Below, one piece after another: positions 19,575 to 31,246 of a stretch of 64,000 bases of DNA. The stretch lies in IMG/VR virus record IMGVR_UViG_3300024999_000030, positions 124,001 to 188,000 of that record; one strand, 5' to 3'. The translations under genes and the position numbers were made by a program. Below the pieces are notes generated by a model, which was given only the letters and a program-made list of their open reading frames with translations, searched no databases and was not told the origin of the DNA. Positions within the stretch are counted from its first letter, which is position 1, and every line of letters begins with the position of its first letter.

Positions 19575-21129
19575 ATGAACAAAATTCAAATATACAGAGA
19601 AAAAGTGCTTATTGAATACTTACGTTCTTTACGTGAAATTGAGCAAGCTTTACTTGATAGCCCAAAAAAGATTTCTTTAGAACTTATAGATAAAATGAGT
19701 AATTTATTATATATGGACGCTACACCAGTTTGCGATGTGTGTTCCTATTCATGTCGGCAGGATGACACCTTACAACCTCACTGTTATATGGCAAGCTTAG
19801 CGACCACGAGCGTGAGGCATTTTTTGCATTTATATTCTATTACTTATGATCAGAAAACTGCTAGAAAACAAATATTGGAACAAATTCCCAAAGTGATTGT
19901 TGGGCTTATGGAAGTTCAAGCCCAAGTTATGGCACAATTTGGAGTTGAAAATGAGACTGTTTAAAATAGCTAGAGATGTTCTCACCCTTAGTCAAACATT
20001 TAATCCGAATGCCATTAGTAAAATGTTTCCTCCAGGACATCCCAATAAAAGCGAGGCTCAGAAATATAGAGAAGCAATAACTTTTTATTATACTGTATCC
20101 ACTCAAGTTCGTGGGGTCGACCAAGCCGCTAAGGCTAATTTATTTAATGAATGCGGTCAACTTCTTTCAAATATCCAAGCTGAACCATTAGATTCCTTTA
20201 TGGCTCATTTAAATGCTAAAATAGCAGAAATTAAGAGCGCCAAACTCACAGTGCGCCCTTTGATATGATAGGAGGAAATAAATGTCAAATAATGCACCAA
20301 TTGGAGATTATTCTTTAAATCAACCGGGGTATTACACAATAAAATCATATAATAATTGCATAGACAATCAAGATAGTTGTAATATTACCGCTTCAAGCGA
20401 CAATACGGAATGGCAAATGACGACATCCACAACCACAACCATCCCATACGCCACAACTAGCCTACCGTACACCGCTGCCACAGCCACCTATGGCCCGATT
20501 ATTCCCACAACTGGTAGTTGGAGTAGCAATGTAATATCTCTTAATGCGGAGGCAATGGTGGACGTTATAGACGGCTATGATATGCTTCCTATTTTCTTTG
20601 GAGATCAGTCGGCTTCAGCAAAAGCATTAGAAAGGCTTATTAGGCTTCATTATAAAAATAAAGATGAAATTGGTGAAAAAGTAAAGGAAGCAATTATCAA
20701 TAAAACTAATGCAGCATTAACATTACCCTGGTTGTTAGCATATCTTTTCTCTAAAAGATCAGAGCATGAAGCCTGTGCAGAGTATATAGAAGATATCTGT
20801 AGGGCTAATTTTATTAAAAGCAATGTCTTAACATTAGTAGGTTCCCATGGGAGCGTTTGGGAGGTTTTTACTAGCTATGAGGGAGACTTGACGCAGCTTG
20901 CATTAGAATTCTCTGCGTATTGTCAGACTATTTAAATTTTATGAAAATTTCTCTTAATATAGACATTAATGATAAACAATTAGCCCAATTGAAAGACGAG
21001 GCCCAAAAGAGCTTTAATAATTGGAGCGATACTTTTGTAGATTCTCGTCATGAAGACAATGGGTATTGGCCAACTCCATTAGAGCTTTTTGCCATACGGC
21101 TTTTATTGTTTGAATTAACAAAAGAATAA
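19575..21129 (+). CDS. Cluster of four hypothetical ORFs (19575-19964, ~19951-20268, 20282-20935, 20941-21129)
   Basis: ORF track; RBS aggagg before 20282. Confidence 0.55.
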
Positions 21130-21140
21130 AGATATCAACA

Positions 21141-21181
21141 TAGCCGTCATAAAGTTATTATGTATTTATGGCGGCTATTTT
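21141..21181 (+). terminator. Hairpin terminator
   Basis: atagccgtcataa...ttatggcggctat followed by ttt. Confidence 0.55.
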
Positions 21182-21196
21182 GCGTCTAAATTACGG

Positions 21197-21225
21197 TTGA
21201 CAATTTTATCAATAAGGGTTATATT
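21197..21225 (+). promoter_or_regulatory. Promoter TTGACA-N17-TATATT
   Basis: Exact spacing; upstream of the dnaJ operon. Confidence 0.75.
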
Positions 21226-21243
21226 ATTTAAGATGGAGGAAGT

Positions 21244-21633
21244 ATGCGACGGCCAAATAGCAATAAGTATGTGACAGTGGAAGCAATTAAAGCTTGGTTC
21301 TATTGGCATGAATGCGACATGTGCGGGGTGCGTTTTAAATTTGAACCTGGATATGATGTTTTTACACATTTAAAACTTACCCAACCAACTGAGAAAGAAA
21401 GAGAGTCGGGTATTCGTTGGAGATATGAATATCCCATTAAACAATGTGTTTGTGATAGTTGTGGAAAACGTCTTTTTGGAGTTAATCCATTTATGATTAC
21501 TCATCAAGATTTTCAGGATAGATTATTTAGAATTCACGATGGTCCGAAAATTGAAGAACAAATTCATGTTGAAAAAACTATGACAAATGCTCAACCTGGA
21601 TTAGTAGAAAGGGCTGCTTACAGCAGTAAATAA
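21244..21633 (+). CDS. Hypothetical Zn-binding protein
   Basis: CDMC...CDSC. Confidence 0.55.
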   Translation: MRRPNSNKYVTVEAIKAWFYWHECDMCGVRFKFEPGYDVFTHLKLTQPTEKERESGIRWRYEYPIKQCVCDSCGKRLFGVNPFMITHQDFQDRLFRIHDGPKIEEQIHVEKTMTNAQPGLVERAAYSSK

Positions 21634-21635
21634 CA

Positions 21636-22652
21636 ATGAGTTATTATGAAGCTTTAGGTGTTACTAAAGAGGCAACGGCGGAAGAAATTAAAAAGGCATA
21701 TAGGGAAGCCGCTCTTAAGTATCATCCCGATAGAAATCCTGGTAACCAAGAAGCTGAAGATAAGTTTAAAGTTGTTTCTGAAGCGTATTCTATTTTATCT
21801 GATGTTGAAAAACGCAGACAATATGATATGGGTGGCCAGAGCTATGATTTAAATGATCATGAAATGTGGGACGCTTTTTTTCCAGGTTTCCGCCCTAATT
21901 ATGGAGCGCCCGGCTCTCATAGAAGAAATTGGCCAGCAAGAGATGTGGAAACTGTTCTAAATATTACTTTAGAAGAGGCTTTTAGTGGAGTTGATAAAGA
22001 AATTTCATATCGAGCGGACATACCATGCTCGACTTGTAATGGGACCGGAGATTCCTCTGGGTCTAGAGCACAATGCTCTCATTGTCGAGGAACTGGAATG
22101 GAAAGCTCAAGACGAGGCAATTTTGTTGTACAGCGTGCCTGCCCCATATGTGGTGGAGATGGAAATTCTATCACTAATAAATGTGGTAAATGTAATGGGA
22201 GAGGCAGTATTAAAGAAGATAAAATTGTATCTGTAACTATTCCCGCCGGAATTCCAAATAGGGCTCAAATGAGAGTTCCAAACCACGGTGGAACTGGTGG
22301 CTTCCCAGGTCATGAAACTGTGACTGGAGATTTATATGTAAATATTATCATTCAACCACATCCAGAATTTATAAGGCAGGGAGAAGATATTAATTATCAA
22401 TTAAATATCTCTCCAGCTAAAGCTACTCTTGGTGGTACTGTAGATTTAAGTAATTTTATGTTTCATGGAACTGTGAAAATTCCGCCAGGAACCGCCAGTG
22501 GAACTAAATTTGCCGTTCGAGGAAAGGGAATGCCAAAATTTCAAAATAAAGGTCGGGGAGACTTTTATTATGAAGTAATAATTGTTCCCAAGACCCAGTT
22601 AACTGACAAGGAAACTGAACTATATCGACAGTTATTGGAGATGGAACAATGA
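21636..22652 (+). CDS. dnaJ: Type I DnaJ co-chaperone
   Basis: J domain with HPD; four CxxCxGxG repeats; C-terminal IPAG and GKGMP motifs. Confidence 0.95.
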   Translation: MSYYEALGVTKEATAEEIKKAYREAALKYHPDRNPGNQEAEDKFKVVSEAYSILSDVEKRRQYDMGGQSYDLNDHEMWDAFFPGFRPNYGAPGSHRRNWPARDVETVLNITLEEAFSGVDKEISYRADIPCSTCNGTGDSSGSRAQCSHCRGTGMESSRRGNFVVQRACPICGGDGNSITNKCGKCNGRGSIKEDKIVSVTIPAGIPNRAQMRVPNHGGTGGFPGHETVTGDLYVNIIIQPHPEFIRQGEDINYQLNISPAKATLGGTVDLSNFMFHGTVKIPPGTASGTKFAVRGKGMPKFQNKGRGDFYYEVIIVPKTQLTDKETELYRQLLEMEQ

Positions 22653-24687
22653 AGGAATGGAGAATTTATAAGGCAGATTTTAGTATAGATCCTAATCTTG
22701 GGGTACTTGTTTCCTGTTCTTATTTTGTTACTCAAGATGTAAGAGATATTCTGAAAAGTTTAAATTCCTTTTTTCTACAACAACTTAGGAATTTGGAGGC
22801 AACGGAAGATATTGGTCATTTTGTTTTGGTAAAATTATCTGATTCTGAAAGTAGTTTAATAAACAACGTATTTCCTATTTATGAAATTAAAACAATTGAA
22901 AATGACACGCCAGTAGTTTATTTTACTAATCATTTAGGTTGGGTAAAAGATTTGAACGTACAAGAAATTAGTTCCATTAAGTTAAAATATTCTGATGTCC
23001 ATATTATATATGAAGGAAAGGAGTAATCATGATGGGATCTATGAGTGCGGCTTATGAAAACAGACCACCGTCCAACAATACTGAATCTTTATCTGATCAA
23101 ATTAGTCGAAATTTAGATATGATAACGAGTAAAACCTTTAGTAGCGTAGTCGATTTATCTAATGAAGAGTTTGAATTAATGCAACGTAGTTTTATGTCAA
23201 CTTTAGGTGATGTTGAGCAATCTACTAACGCATTGTTGCATTATTTTAATGATATGGATTTTTATGAAGATTGGGCTGCCGCATTGTTAGCTGCAACTGA
23301 TACTGGATTAGAATGTGGTAGTAGTAACGTCCCAACTGAATTTATGCAAATCAAACATGCCTTATCTGGTGTTTTAATGTCTATTCAACTTTTTCATATT
23401 ATTGCTGATAAGGCTTCCAATTCAACTTTAATTAAAGACACATTAGATGCTCGTTCTCGTTCAGAATTGATTTCAGAGGCCAGAGATCGAGTGGCTGCTT
23501 TGCATAATGGCAATAAATATAATGGGTTGTTGAAAACGGCAAATTATGAATCTGAAAAAGTCAATATTTCTAAAATTTATCTCGAAAGAATGAATTTTAT
23601 TAGTCCAATCATTCTATTTTTTCCAGCATGGTCCGTTACAGCTAATCACAGTTTAAATTCTCAATTGAGGAACCTAATTGCTTCAGCTAATGCTAAGGGA
23701 ACCGTATCAATGATGCCTGACGCCCAAAGACTTATACAATTTATTAGTTTGGCTTCTAGAGTTAATTTTGACATATCTAATGTATCTCTTCAGCTTATAC
23801 GCTGGACAAAATAAAATAAGGAGAAAGAAAAATGGAAGAAAGTTTAGGTATTAAACAAGCTATTGCAGCGGTAGATGAGGCTATTAATGATACTAAATAT
23901 ATTGTATTAAATCCACCTCCGAAGCCAAAGGTAACTATGGCCCATGCTCTAACCCGTCGCCTTAATCGCGCTTTAGAACTACAGCGTAGAAATAAAGTGG
24001 CCTTTGCTAAACGTAGGGCTAAGAATAAAGTAGCCCGTATTAGTCGTAGGATGAATAGGAGTAAATAATTATGGGTATTCCACGTAAGATTAAACTTGGA
24101 AAGGTTCGCATACGCATTCCCCTCCCAAAGCGTTCTGGGAAAACTATGCTAACTAAATTAGATAAAAAGAATCGAGAACGTAAGAGCGGTTCTGAGTACC
24201 TTCAAGAAAGCCAAGAAGAGTGGGAAGTAGGTGAGGAAGAAGATGGAACTGAATCCGAGTGATAAAATGAAACTTGACTCTTTAATGAAAGAGAGAATGA
24301 AGCTTTTTAGTATGCTTTCTCAAGCCAAAGAAATGGCTTTAGATCCAGTTTTTGTTCGGCTTGCTAAGTTAGGTATGCCAGAACAAAGCACATTGGTAAG
24401 CGCTTATCAACAACCCTTATCTAATACCAAACTATATCCCATCGTTGAAATTATTCCTGAAATTGAACGGAGATTAATAGAGAATGAGCAGCTCATCAAC
24501 GCACTTGTGCCCGCTGTGTAAATCACAATGCTATATTTCAACTATAGTTGAAAGTAAATGTGTTTTATGTGACGAAGACTTAATTTATAATGGCAAACCT
24601 TTACAACTTTGTCATAAATGCGCAGTCAAATTTCAACGCTGCGCTTTATGTTCTGTGAAATTAATTGAAATTGAACAGGATAAATAA
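22649..24687 (+). CDS. Run of six hypothetical ORFs, including two short K/R-rich proteins (23832-24068, 24071-24262)
   Basis: ORF track; tight coupling. Confidence 0.55.
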
Positions 24688-24808
24688 GTGGAGAATAAGG
24701 AGCGAAAATGTATTGGATGCTCCCGGCTCCTACCTGTAGATTTCTTATTTTCACTTTGTGATGATTGTTTTATATATTATTTAGATTTTATTAAAAAGGG
24801 GCGTAACA

Positions 24809-25579
24809 ATGGGGCATAGTATAGTGCCAGAAGCTGAAGCAATTTTAGATCAATCGTTTCCCGTGTTAGATAAGGGGTTTATACGTTTAGTTGATTATAA
24901 TGGTAGCGATAGTCGTATTGTTCAGGCTGCTAGAGTCTCATATGGAAATGGTACTAAAACCATGCGTGAAGACGCTAAGCTTATTGATTATTTATTGAAA
25001 CATGAGCACATGTCGCCATTTGAGATGGTTAATTTTACATTCCACCTTAAGTTGCCAATTTTTGTTTTCAGGCAAATGGTTAGGCATCGAACAGCGCGAT
25101 TAAATGAGATTTCTGGTCGATATTCTGTACTGGAAGATGAGTTTTATGTCCCCAATCCAGGTGATATAAGATCACAAGATACTGTAAATAAACAAGGAAG
25201 ATCTGAAGAAATGCTGCCAGATGCACTTTTTCAATGTGCTGATTTTCATGATGAACAGATTAGGGACTATGCAGAATATAAACAGCGTGTAGACGCCGGA
25301 ATGGCCAGAGAATTAGCTCGTATCAACCTACCGGTTTCATTGTACACACAACTGTATTGGAACATTGATTTACGAAATCTGTTTAATTTTCTCAAATTAA
25401 GGCTGGATGTTCATGCTCAATATGAAATACGTGAATATGCAAGAGTTCTTATGGATTTAGTACAAAAGGTATCACCTATGGCCTTTGCTTCGTTTGAGGA
25501 ACATATTCTATATGCTATTAAGTTAAGTAGGTCAGAGGTGTTAGCTGTGGAAGGAAATTTTAAAATTGAAGAAAAATAA
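24809..25579 (+). CDS. thyX: Flavin-dependent thymidylate synthase
   Basis: AARVSY, HMSPFE, RQMVRHRTARLNEISGRY, LKLRLDVHAQYEIR. Confidence 0.95.
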   Translation: MGHSIVPEAEAILDQSFPVLDKGFIRLVDYNGSDSRIVQAARVSYGNGTKTMREDAKLIDYLLKHEHMSPFEMVNFTFHLKLPIFVFRQMVRHRTARLNEISGRYSVLEDEFYVPNPGDIRSQDTVNKQGRSEEMLPDALFQCADFHDEQIRDYAEYKQRVDAGMARELARINLPVSLYTQLYWNIDLRNLFNFLKLRLDVHAQYEIREYARVLMDLVQKVSPMAFASFEEHILYAIKLSRSEVLAVEGNFKIEEK

Positions 25580-26237
25580 TTTTAATATTTATGAAACTTG
25601 GTATGGTCGACGATTTAACGGCGCTGTAAGAAACATGAGAAGACAAATAGAAGCAGAAGAAGATAGAAAGATTATGGAGCTTTTGGATGCAGAAGTAATG
25701 GGTCTCAAAAAAGATGAAAGTAAGGATGGAGATGTATAATGAGAGTCCATATGATTATTTCTCATGTTAAATTAATTAAAGACGCAATTCCTAAAGACAA
25801 CGATAATTTTGCAGATATGGAAGTAAAGAGAAAGCTATGGGATAAATGGTCTAGAACAATAGACGTGGATGCTAGTATAGTTCCCCGTGCTGGAGATGCT
25901 GTTTATAATATATTTGATAATGGTGTGAGTTATATGGTTGCTACTGTTTCATGGGACTATCAATCGGAAACCCCCACAATTCGCGTTTTATTAGCGGATA
26001 TTCAAATTGAATTAAAATGAAAAAATTGAACGTTAAATATACATGGAAAATAAATAATCCACACAGGAAATATAGTGGCTCTACTCTTTTTGGGGTACAT
26101 TATTGCATTTTAAAACATAAACCAGTACACCCAAAAGAGGGTGATGCTTTAATTGATGTCGAAAAGTGGGAAATAGAAATATTCTTATTTGAAGAATGGC
26201 GCCCACTTGATTTTAATTTATTAGGAGGGCCTCCACT

Positions 26238-26492
26238 ATGACAAGAGAACCATCTTCTTCTGAAGTTTTAGCTCTTAGAGAGCGTTCAGGCGCTGGTATT
26301 ATGATTTGCAAGAAAGCCTTGGAGGTTTGTAATGGTGATTTTCTTTTAGCGGAGGGATATATCAAGTATTATGGTTGTGCCATCAACGTTCGCCCTAAAG
26401 AGGGGGAAATTGCTTCTGAGGCTTACGATAAATGGGTAATGGAAAAGGCTCAAGAGTGGAAAGATCTTAAATTAAAGAAGACTGTAAAGTGA
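26238..26492 (+). CDS. Stand-alone EF-Ts N-terminal (UBA-like) domain protein
   Basis: VLALRERSGAGIMICKKALEVCNGDFLLA vs EF-Ts [29 protein letters not shown]. Confidence 0.75.
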   Translation: MTREPSSSEVLALRERSGAGIMICKKALEVCNGDFLLAEGYIKYYGCAINVRPKEGEIASEAYDKWVMEKAQEWKDLKLKKTVK

Positions 26493-26833
26493 TTGCACCT
26501 ATTATTGTGGTAATAATTGTGCTCATAATTGGCTTCTTTGTTGACAAACTAGATAAACCAAACTCTCCTATTATTCTTACTTGGGCTTGGTTTTAAGGGG
26601 CAAGGATATCGTAAAAGCTTTCCAGTTCAAAAATAAGGAACACAAAATGGCAATTAAAGAATCATCAGATTCATCTTTTAGGAGTGTGTATCGTACTTGG
26701 CGTCGGCATGGTTTCAAACAGGTTATAGAATCGTATATTATACAACGTCCCAATATTTTAGTTAATTCGGTCTTTTCTACTTGGCAATCTTATATAATTA
26801 AAGAAATCACATATTACAAATTACAAAAATAAA

Positions 26834-26857
26834 GAAGGCCGCCACTTGGCGGCCTTC
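26834..26857. terminator. Bidirectional terminator hairpin at a convergent strand switch
   Basis: gaaggccgcca-ct-tggcggccttc. Confidence 0.75.
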
Positions 26858-26893
26858 AGGCTATGTCGTAACATAGTCGGGGATATTTGTTGT

Positions 26894-27874
26894 TTATTGC
26901 TGACTTAATTCATCTCTTAATCTAATTAAAACAGATAAAGCTAAATCTAATTTAGTTGCCTCTGTTCTTTTTCCATTTTCATCTAAGGTACCAGCTGTCA
27001 CATATAATAAATTAAATGCTCTTTGATTAAATTTAGTTGTCCAACTTGGGTATCTCACATCAATATCATCAGTAATCGGAACAACAGGCGTAGGCTTCTT
27101 TTTTACTCTTTCAATTTCCACATCATCTGTAGGTTCACTGATTGCTTTATCTAAAATTTGCCACGCTAACATTAAATCCGCTTGATTTTCTTCTGGTTCA
27201 TCTTCGCTAAAAATAGCGCTTTCTAAGTCTGATATTTGAAATGGAGAAAGGGTTAAAAGGAAATCTTTTAATTTTTTCGTGTTGGTCGAGCCCAATTCTC
27301 TCACTGCGGTTAACACTAAATCTACAACATTAATATCATTATCTATTTTATCTGCTTGAACTAATATTTTCACGGCAGCATCTAGTGTATTGGCTTTTTC
27401 ATATTCCCCACACTTATCTAAAGAATTAGATAAATTAATTAACCATCCGGCGATATTCACATTCTTCTCCTTTAGCAAGTCTTTGTTTTTCATCAAATCT
27501 ATGGTGCTTATAAGCGAAGAAAGTCTGTTTATTTCATTCTGAGTCATATATTTAAGTTTTTCATTTAGATGTTTCATGCTCTGGGCTCGCAGAAAACTAA
27601 GATATTTGAGTTGATATCTCCGCTTACCATCCCGTAGGACGTCTTTAACGGCCTCAGGATCGGCGTTAGAGATGATTTTCACATTCCCCACCGCCTCCAT
27701 TAGTTCCTCTTGGCTGAGGACCGCTGAATGGTCCCCCCTATGTAAAAGATTATAGGTCAACTTCTCCCTAATTACCTCTAGTGTGCCCGCCAATTGGAAA
27801 ATAGCCTCTTCTAAATCAGTATCGTGCATGCCGGGGAGAGTAGGTTGAGTGGGAGAAGTTAAAGATGACTTCAT
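26894..27874 (-). CDS. Hypothetical protein with repeated LD..G....A..LD helical motif
   Basis: LSNSLDKCGEYEKANTLD and AGTLDENGKRTEATKLD. Confidence 0.65.
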   Translation of the reverse strand: MKSSLTSPTQPTLPGMHDTDLEEAIFQLAGTLEVIREKLTYNLLHRGDHSAVLSQEELMEAVGNVKIISNADPEAVKDVLRDGKRRYQLKYLSFLRAQSMKHLNEKLKYMTQNEINRLSSLISTIDLMKNKDLLKEKNVNIAGWLINLSNSLDKCGEYEKANTLDAAVKILVQADKIDNDINVVDLVLTAVRELGSTNTKKLKDFLLTLSPFQISDLESAIFSEDEPEENQADLMLAWQILDKAISEPTDDVEIERVKKKPTPVVPITDDIDVRYPSWTTKFNQRAFNLLYVTAGTLDENGKRTEATKLDLALSVLIRLRDELSQQ

Positions 27875-27907
27875 AATATTAAGCTAAGACTATTAATAGG
27901 CGTAAAC

Positions 27908-27936
27908 TTGACTTTTATTATATATGGTGCTATATT
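27908..27936 (+). promoter_or_regulatory. Promoter TTGACT-N17-TATATT
   Basis: Exact spacing. Confidence 0.7.
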
Positions 27937-28123
27937 ACTATGGAGGGAAAAATGGATTTTTTTAATTTTAAACCAACAACTATTAAAGAAGTTTGGAATA
28001 ATTGGAAATTTAAAGCAATCGGGCAAGCGATGCTTAATCCTATTCGTCGCCAAATAGACTATGAGGGCCTATCTCGTAGAATTTTCAAGGTGGAGCCCTT
28101 ACCCGCAAAAAAGGATGATCCAG

Positions 28124-28507
28124 ATGGAACTTGATTTCATACGATATCTAATTGTCAATAAACGTGAATTATCAATCCCACAGCGGGACGGCTTGGCTAA
28201 GTTTTTGAAAAATTTAGATATGGCATTGGATTTATATTTAGAAAAACCGGATCAAGACTCTATTAAAGTGGTTCTCACTGCCCTAGCGGGTCCACGACGG
28301 AGTTTTGACGATATGAAGTATCCTAATTGTAATTTGACTATGTTATTTCGTTCATGTCGTGGTTGTCCATGTGTAACTGGACAACATCCCTATGAAGTGT
28401 GTAGTGCAATTATGGGTTGGTCTCAAATGCTACGTGGTGGCGACTGCTCTCCAGAACTTTTTCTTCACTTTATGCAACTCAAAGCCCAATTGGAAATAAT
28501 AAAATAA
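28124..28507 (+). CDS. Divergent Cys4-family paralog
   Basis: C..C..CPC...C...FLHFMQLKAQLE. Confidence 0.55.
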   Translation: MELDFIRYLIVNKRELSIPQRDGLAKFLKNLDMALDLYLEKPDQDSIKVVLTALAGPRRSFDDMKYPNCNLTMLFRSCRGCPCVTGQHPYEVCSAIMGWSQMLRGGDCSPELFLHFMQLKAQLEIIK

Positions 28508-28533
28508 GACCCGGTTTTTCAACCGGGTCTTTA
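28507..28533. terminator. Bidirectional terminator
   Basis: aagacccgg-tttttcaa-ccgggtctt. Confidence 0.7.
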
Positions 28534-28582
28534 TGTCACCATTGCTGGGAGCTGGCGACTGCCCCCAGAAGGATGACTCTTT

Positions 28583-28804
28583 TTAAAGCTCGTTCGCAGC
28601 GTTTTCAATGCGACCGAGGGCGGTAACCAAACCAATCTTCTTAGCACGAGCATACTGAAGCACGTCATGTAGAATCTTATGGTTGGTGTTCTCGATGCGA
28701 CCAATAGCCGTATACCAGCCAATCTTACGGGAGCGGGCATAGTTACGAATGGCCTTAGCGAGATCGTGGCGAGAGGGAACCGTGTTCTTAAGCTTATTAG
28801 ACAT
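28583..28804 (-). CDS. 73-aa basic protein with an internal duplication
   Basis: YARSRKIGWYTAIGRIEN / YARAKKIGLVTALGRIEN; RBS gaaaggagg. Confidence 0.75.
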   Translation of the reverse strand: MSNKLKNTVPSRHDLAKAIRNYARSRKIGWYTAIGRIENTNHKILHDVLQYARAKKIGLVTALGRIENAANEL

Positions 28805-28826
28805 TGTCTTTCCTCCTTTCATAGAT

Positions 28827-28855
28827 AATATAACTCTTATAATTAAAAAAGTCAA
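28827..28855 (-). promoter_or_regulatory. Promoter TTGACT-N17-TATATT
   Basis: Exact spacing on the - strand. Confidence 0.7.
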
Positions 28856-29531
28856 GTTTTTGATGGAATATGATTTTCATCTTCTGAATTTTTATCACCT
28901 AACGTTATATATCTATTGAAATATCTTTCGGCCCTATCTTTGTTCATAGATTCATATTCTTTTTTCCAAGTTTTTATCCATAAAAACTTAATTAATCTAT
29001 AAACTATATAGTTATCATTAAATCTATCATACACAAGTTTAAGCCTAGACATTGCAGCTCCCTTAATCTCCAAAGGCTTCCATTTGAGTGTCGTCAAATA
29101 CCATCACTTCATTTCCCATGGTATTTCCTGTGGGCTGTAATATATATCTTATAGCTGGTTTATCATTTAAGAAATGTTCTAACATAACAACTTTAACTTC
29201 CATAAGTTGATCATGCCAAAACACCAAGTCTCCTGGGCTGAACTTAACTAAATAATTTTGCATTTTTAGACTTCTTTTCTGTAGTAATAGTCGCATTACT
29301 AAGACAACTACTACGATTACGATATGATAATTCACCAATTAACTCTATGGCCCCACCCAAAAGGCCAATTGCTAAAATAATTAATAGTGCAATGTTCATA
29401 TTCTAAATCCACTTGAGATGGCTAAGATAGCTTTTAACGCCTCTTTAATTTTTTGTGCCCCCAAGTAGTGAAGCCATCTCCATTTAATATTTTTGTTCGG
29501 TGTCATTTATGTCTCCATGTTTATCTATAAC

Positions 29532-29628
29532 AATATAATTCAAAACAGAAAAGAAGTCAATATTCATTAATATTATTTAATTTTATTGATTAGTTGTATT
29601 TGACAATTAATCATTTGATAGTTATATT
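29532..29628. promoter_or_regulatory. Divergent promoter pair: TTGACT-N17-TATATT (-, 29532-29560) and TTGACA-N17-TATATT (+, 29600-29628)
   Basis: Back-to-back consensus matches. Confidence 0.7.
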
Positions 29629-29954
29629 TTATGTGGAGATGACTATGTTTCCTATTTGGTTTAAACGAGCTATGCATCTAGAAAAAGAAGGTAAAGTTTC
29701 ACAAGCTTTAAACCTCATCTACGGTAATATGGATTGGTTACTTGAAAAAGATAGATTTGAAGATTGTAATCTTCTCCTAATAGAGAGCATGAAACATAAA
29801 CTTTCCGTACATATAGTTTTAGCTCTTTTAACAACTACCCTCCCTGCAGCTCATTTACTTTCTTCTCGCGCTTTGTTTTATAAGGAAAGTACAAAAAAGC
29901 TTATTGAGGATGGAGAAATAACGTTCGGTCTATTAGATGGTTTAGAATCATAAT

Positions 29955-31000
29955 ATGAATAAACGTAATATGTCACGTCTTATTAAACAGTTGGAATTAG
30001 TCGCTCTAGATAGTGGAGAAATAGCAAAAAAACTAATTAAATGGGAGAATGGAAATCCAGCATGTGTATTATGGGAGACGTATAGTGATGTTTTTATGGA
30101 ACAATCTCGTTTTTGTCGAAGGTGCCCCGCTAAGTTAGAAGCTGGTAGGTCAAAATGTCAACTGCAACGGTACATTGAAGGTGAAATTAATGAAGGTTCA
30201 TTTTTATTATTAGTTATAGAAATGATTGCATATTTGAAAGTGAGAAGTGATGACAAAATATCTTAAAAAATTAATTGAACTTAAAAACTCTCATAATTTT
30301 AATGTAGAGTCTTTTAATGAGATTTATACTCAAGCCTCTGAAGAAGATAATAAAAAAATACCCTTTGCCATAGCCTTTATCGGATGTGATCAGATATGTA
30401 GTGCTTGCGTGTTTATGTCCCCAGACGAAATGAAACGCACTCCATGTATAATTGGTGAATTAGCTTTTTCTTTAAAAGAAATGAAAAATTGTGATGATAA
30501 TCAATATGAGGCCTTTAGGCTTTTAAAGCTAATACAATTTCAAGCCGCTTTGGAGATATATGAATCCAATCATTCGTTCGGGCGAATCTGAAACAACTCA
30601 GGATAGAATAACTCGACTTAAGGATAAAGCGTTGGCAAAAGAAGCTGTGCTTGTTTCTTATAAAATAATTGAAGCATTTAAAATGGATCCAACTTTAGAA
30701 AATGCCATTCGGATTACATATGCATTATATCCAAATGATAGTTTAGGTCCTGAAAATAGATCAGGAATATTTATTAATGGATGTGCTCTTCTACGTGCTC
30801 ACGGTGGTGAAAATTGGAGTTGTAATAAGTGTTGTTGGCAACATGAAAAACTATGTGATTTGTTATCTTTAATTAATCCAAACATATCCCTCATAGAAAA
30901 AGAAGAAATGCTTGGTAGAGTTCTGATGGCGGCAATTGAAATGCAGGTAACGCTTAGGGTTCATCCAGCTTTTTGTTGGGTGTTTATGGGTATGCCTTGA
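29955..31000 (+). CDS. Three tandem divergent Cys4-family paralogs (29955-30266, 30247-30591, 30560-31000)
   Basis: CxxC..C cores followed by L(I)EMIAYL / LIQFQAALE / AIEMQVTL helices. Confidence 0.6.
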
Positions 31001-31025
31001 TTTTTTATTAATTGTGTCTTATATT
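30997..31025 (+). promoter_or_regulatory. Promoter TTGATT-N17-TATATT
   Basis: Exact spacing. Confidence 0.55.
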
Positions 31026-31201
31026 GTTGTCTGGGAGATTATGGTTTTAATCAATAGTATATTCTACCAATCAATGTACTATTGATATTAATAAGATTGG
31101 GTATTTGAACGAGGCCCCAGGCACTGCTTAAATATATGGCAATTCGCCAAGGCAAAAAATAATAATTATATATATTTAATGTTTATCTCCCAGATAACAA
31201 A

Positions 31202-31230
31202 AAGAGGGCCGTTTCCGGCCCTCTTATTTT
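31202..31230. terminator. Bidirectional terminator
   Basis: aagagggcc-gtttcc-ggccctctt with A/T tracts on both sides. Confidence 0.7.
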
Positions 31231-31246
31231 TTGTTAATGCATTTAG

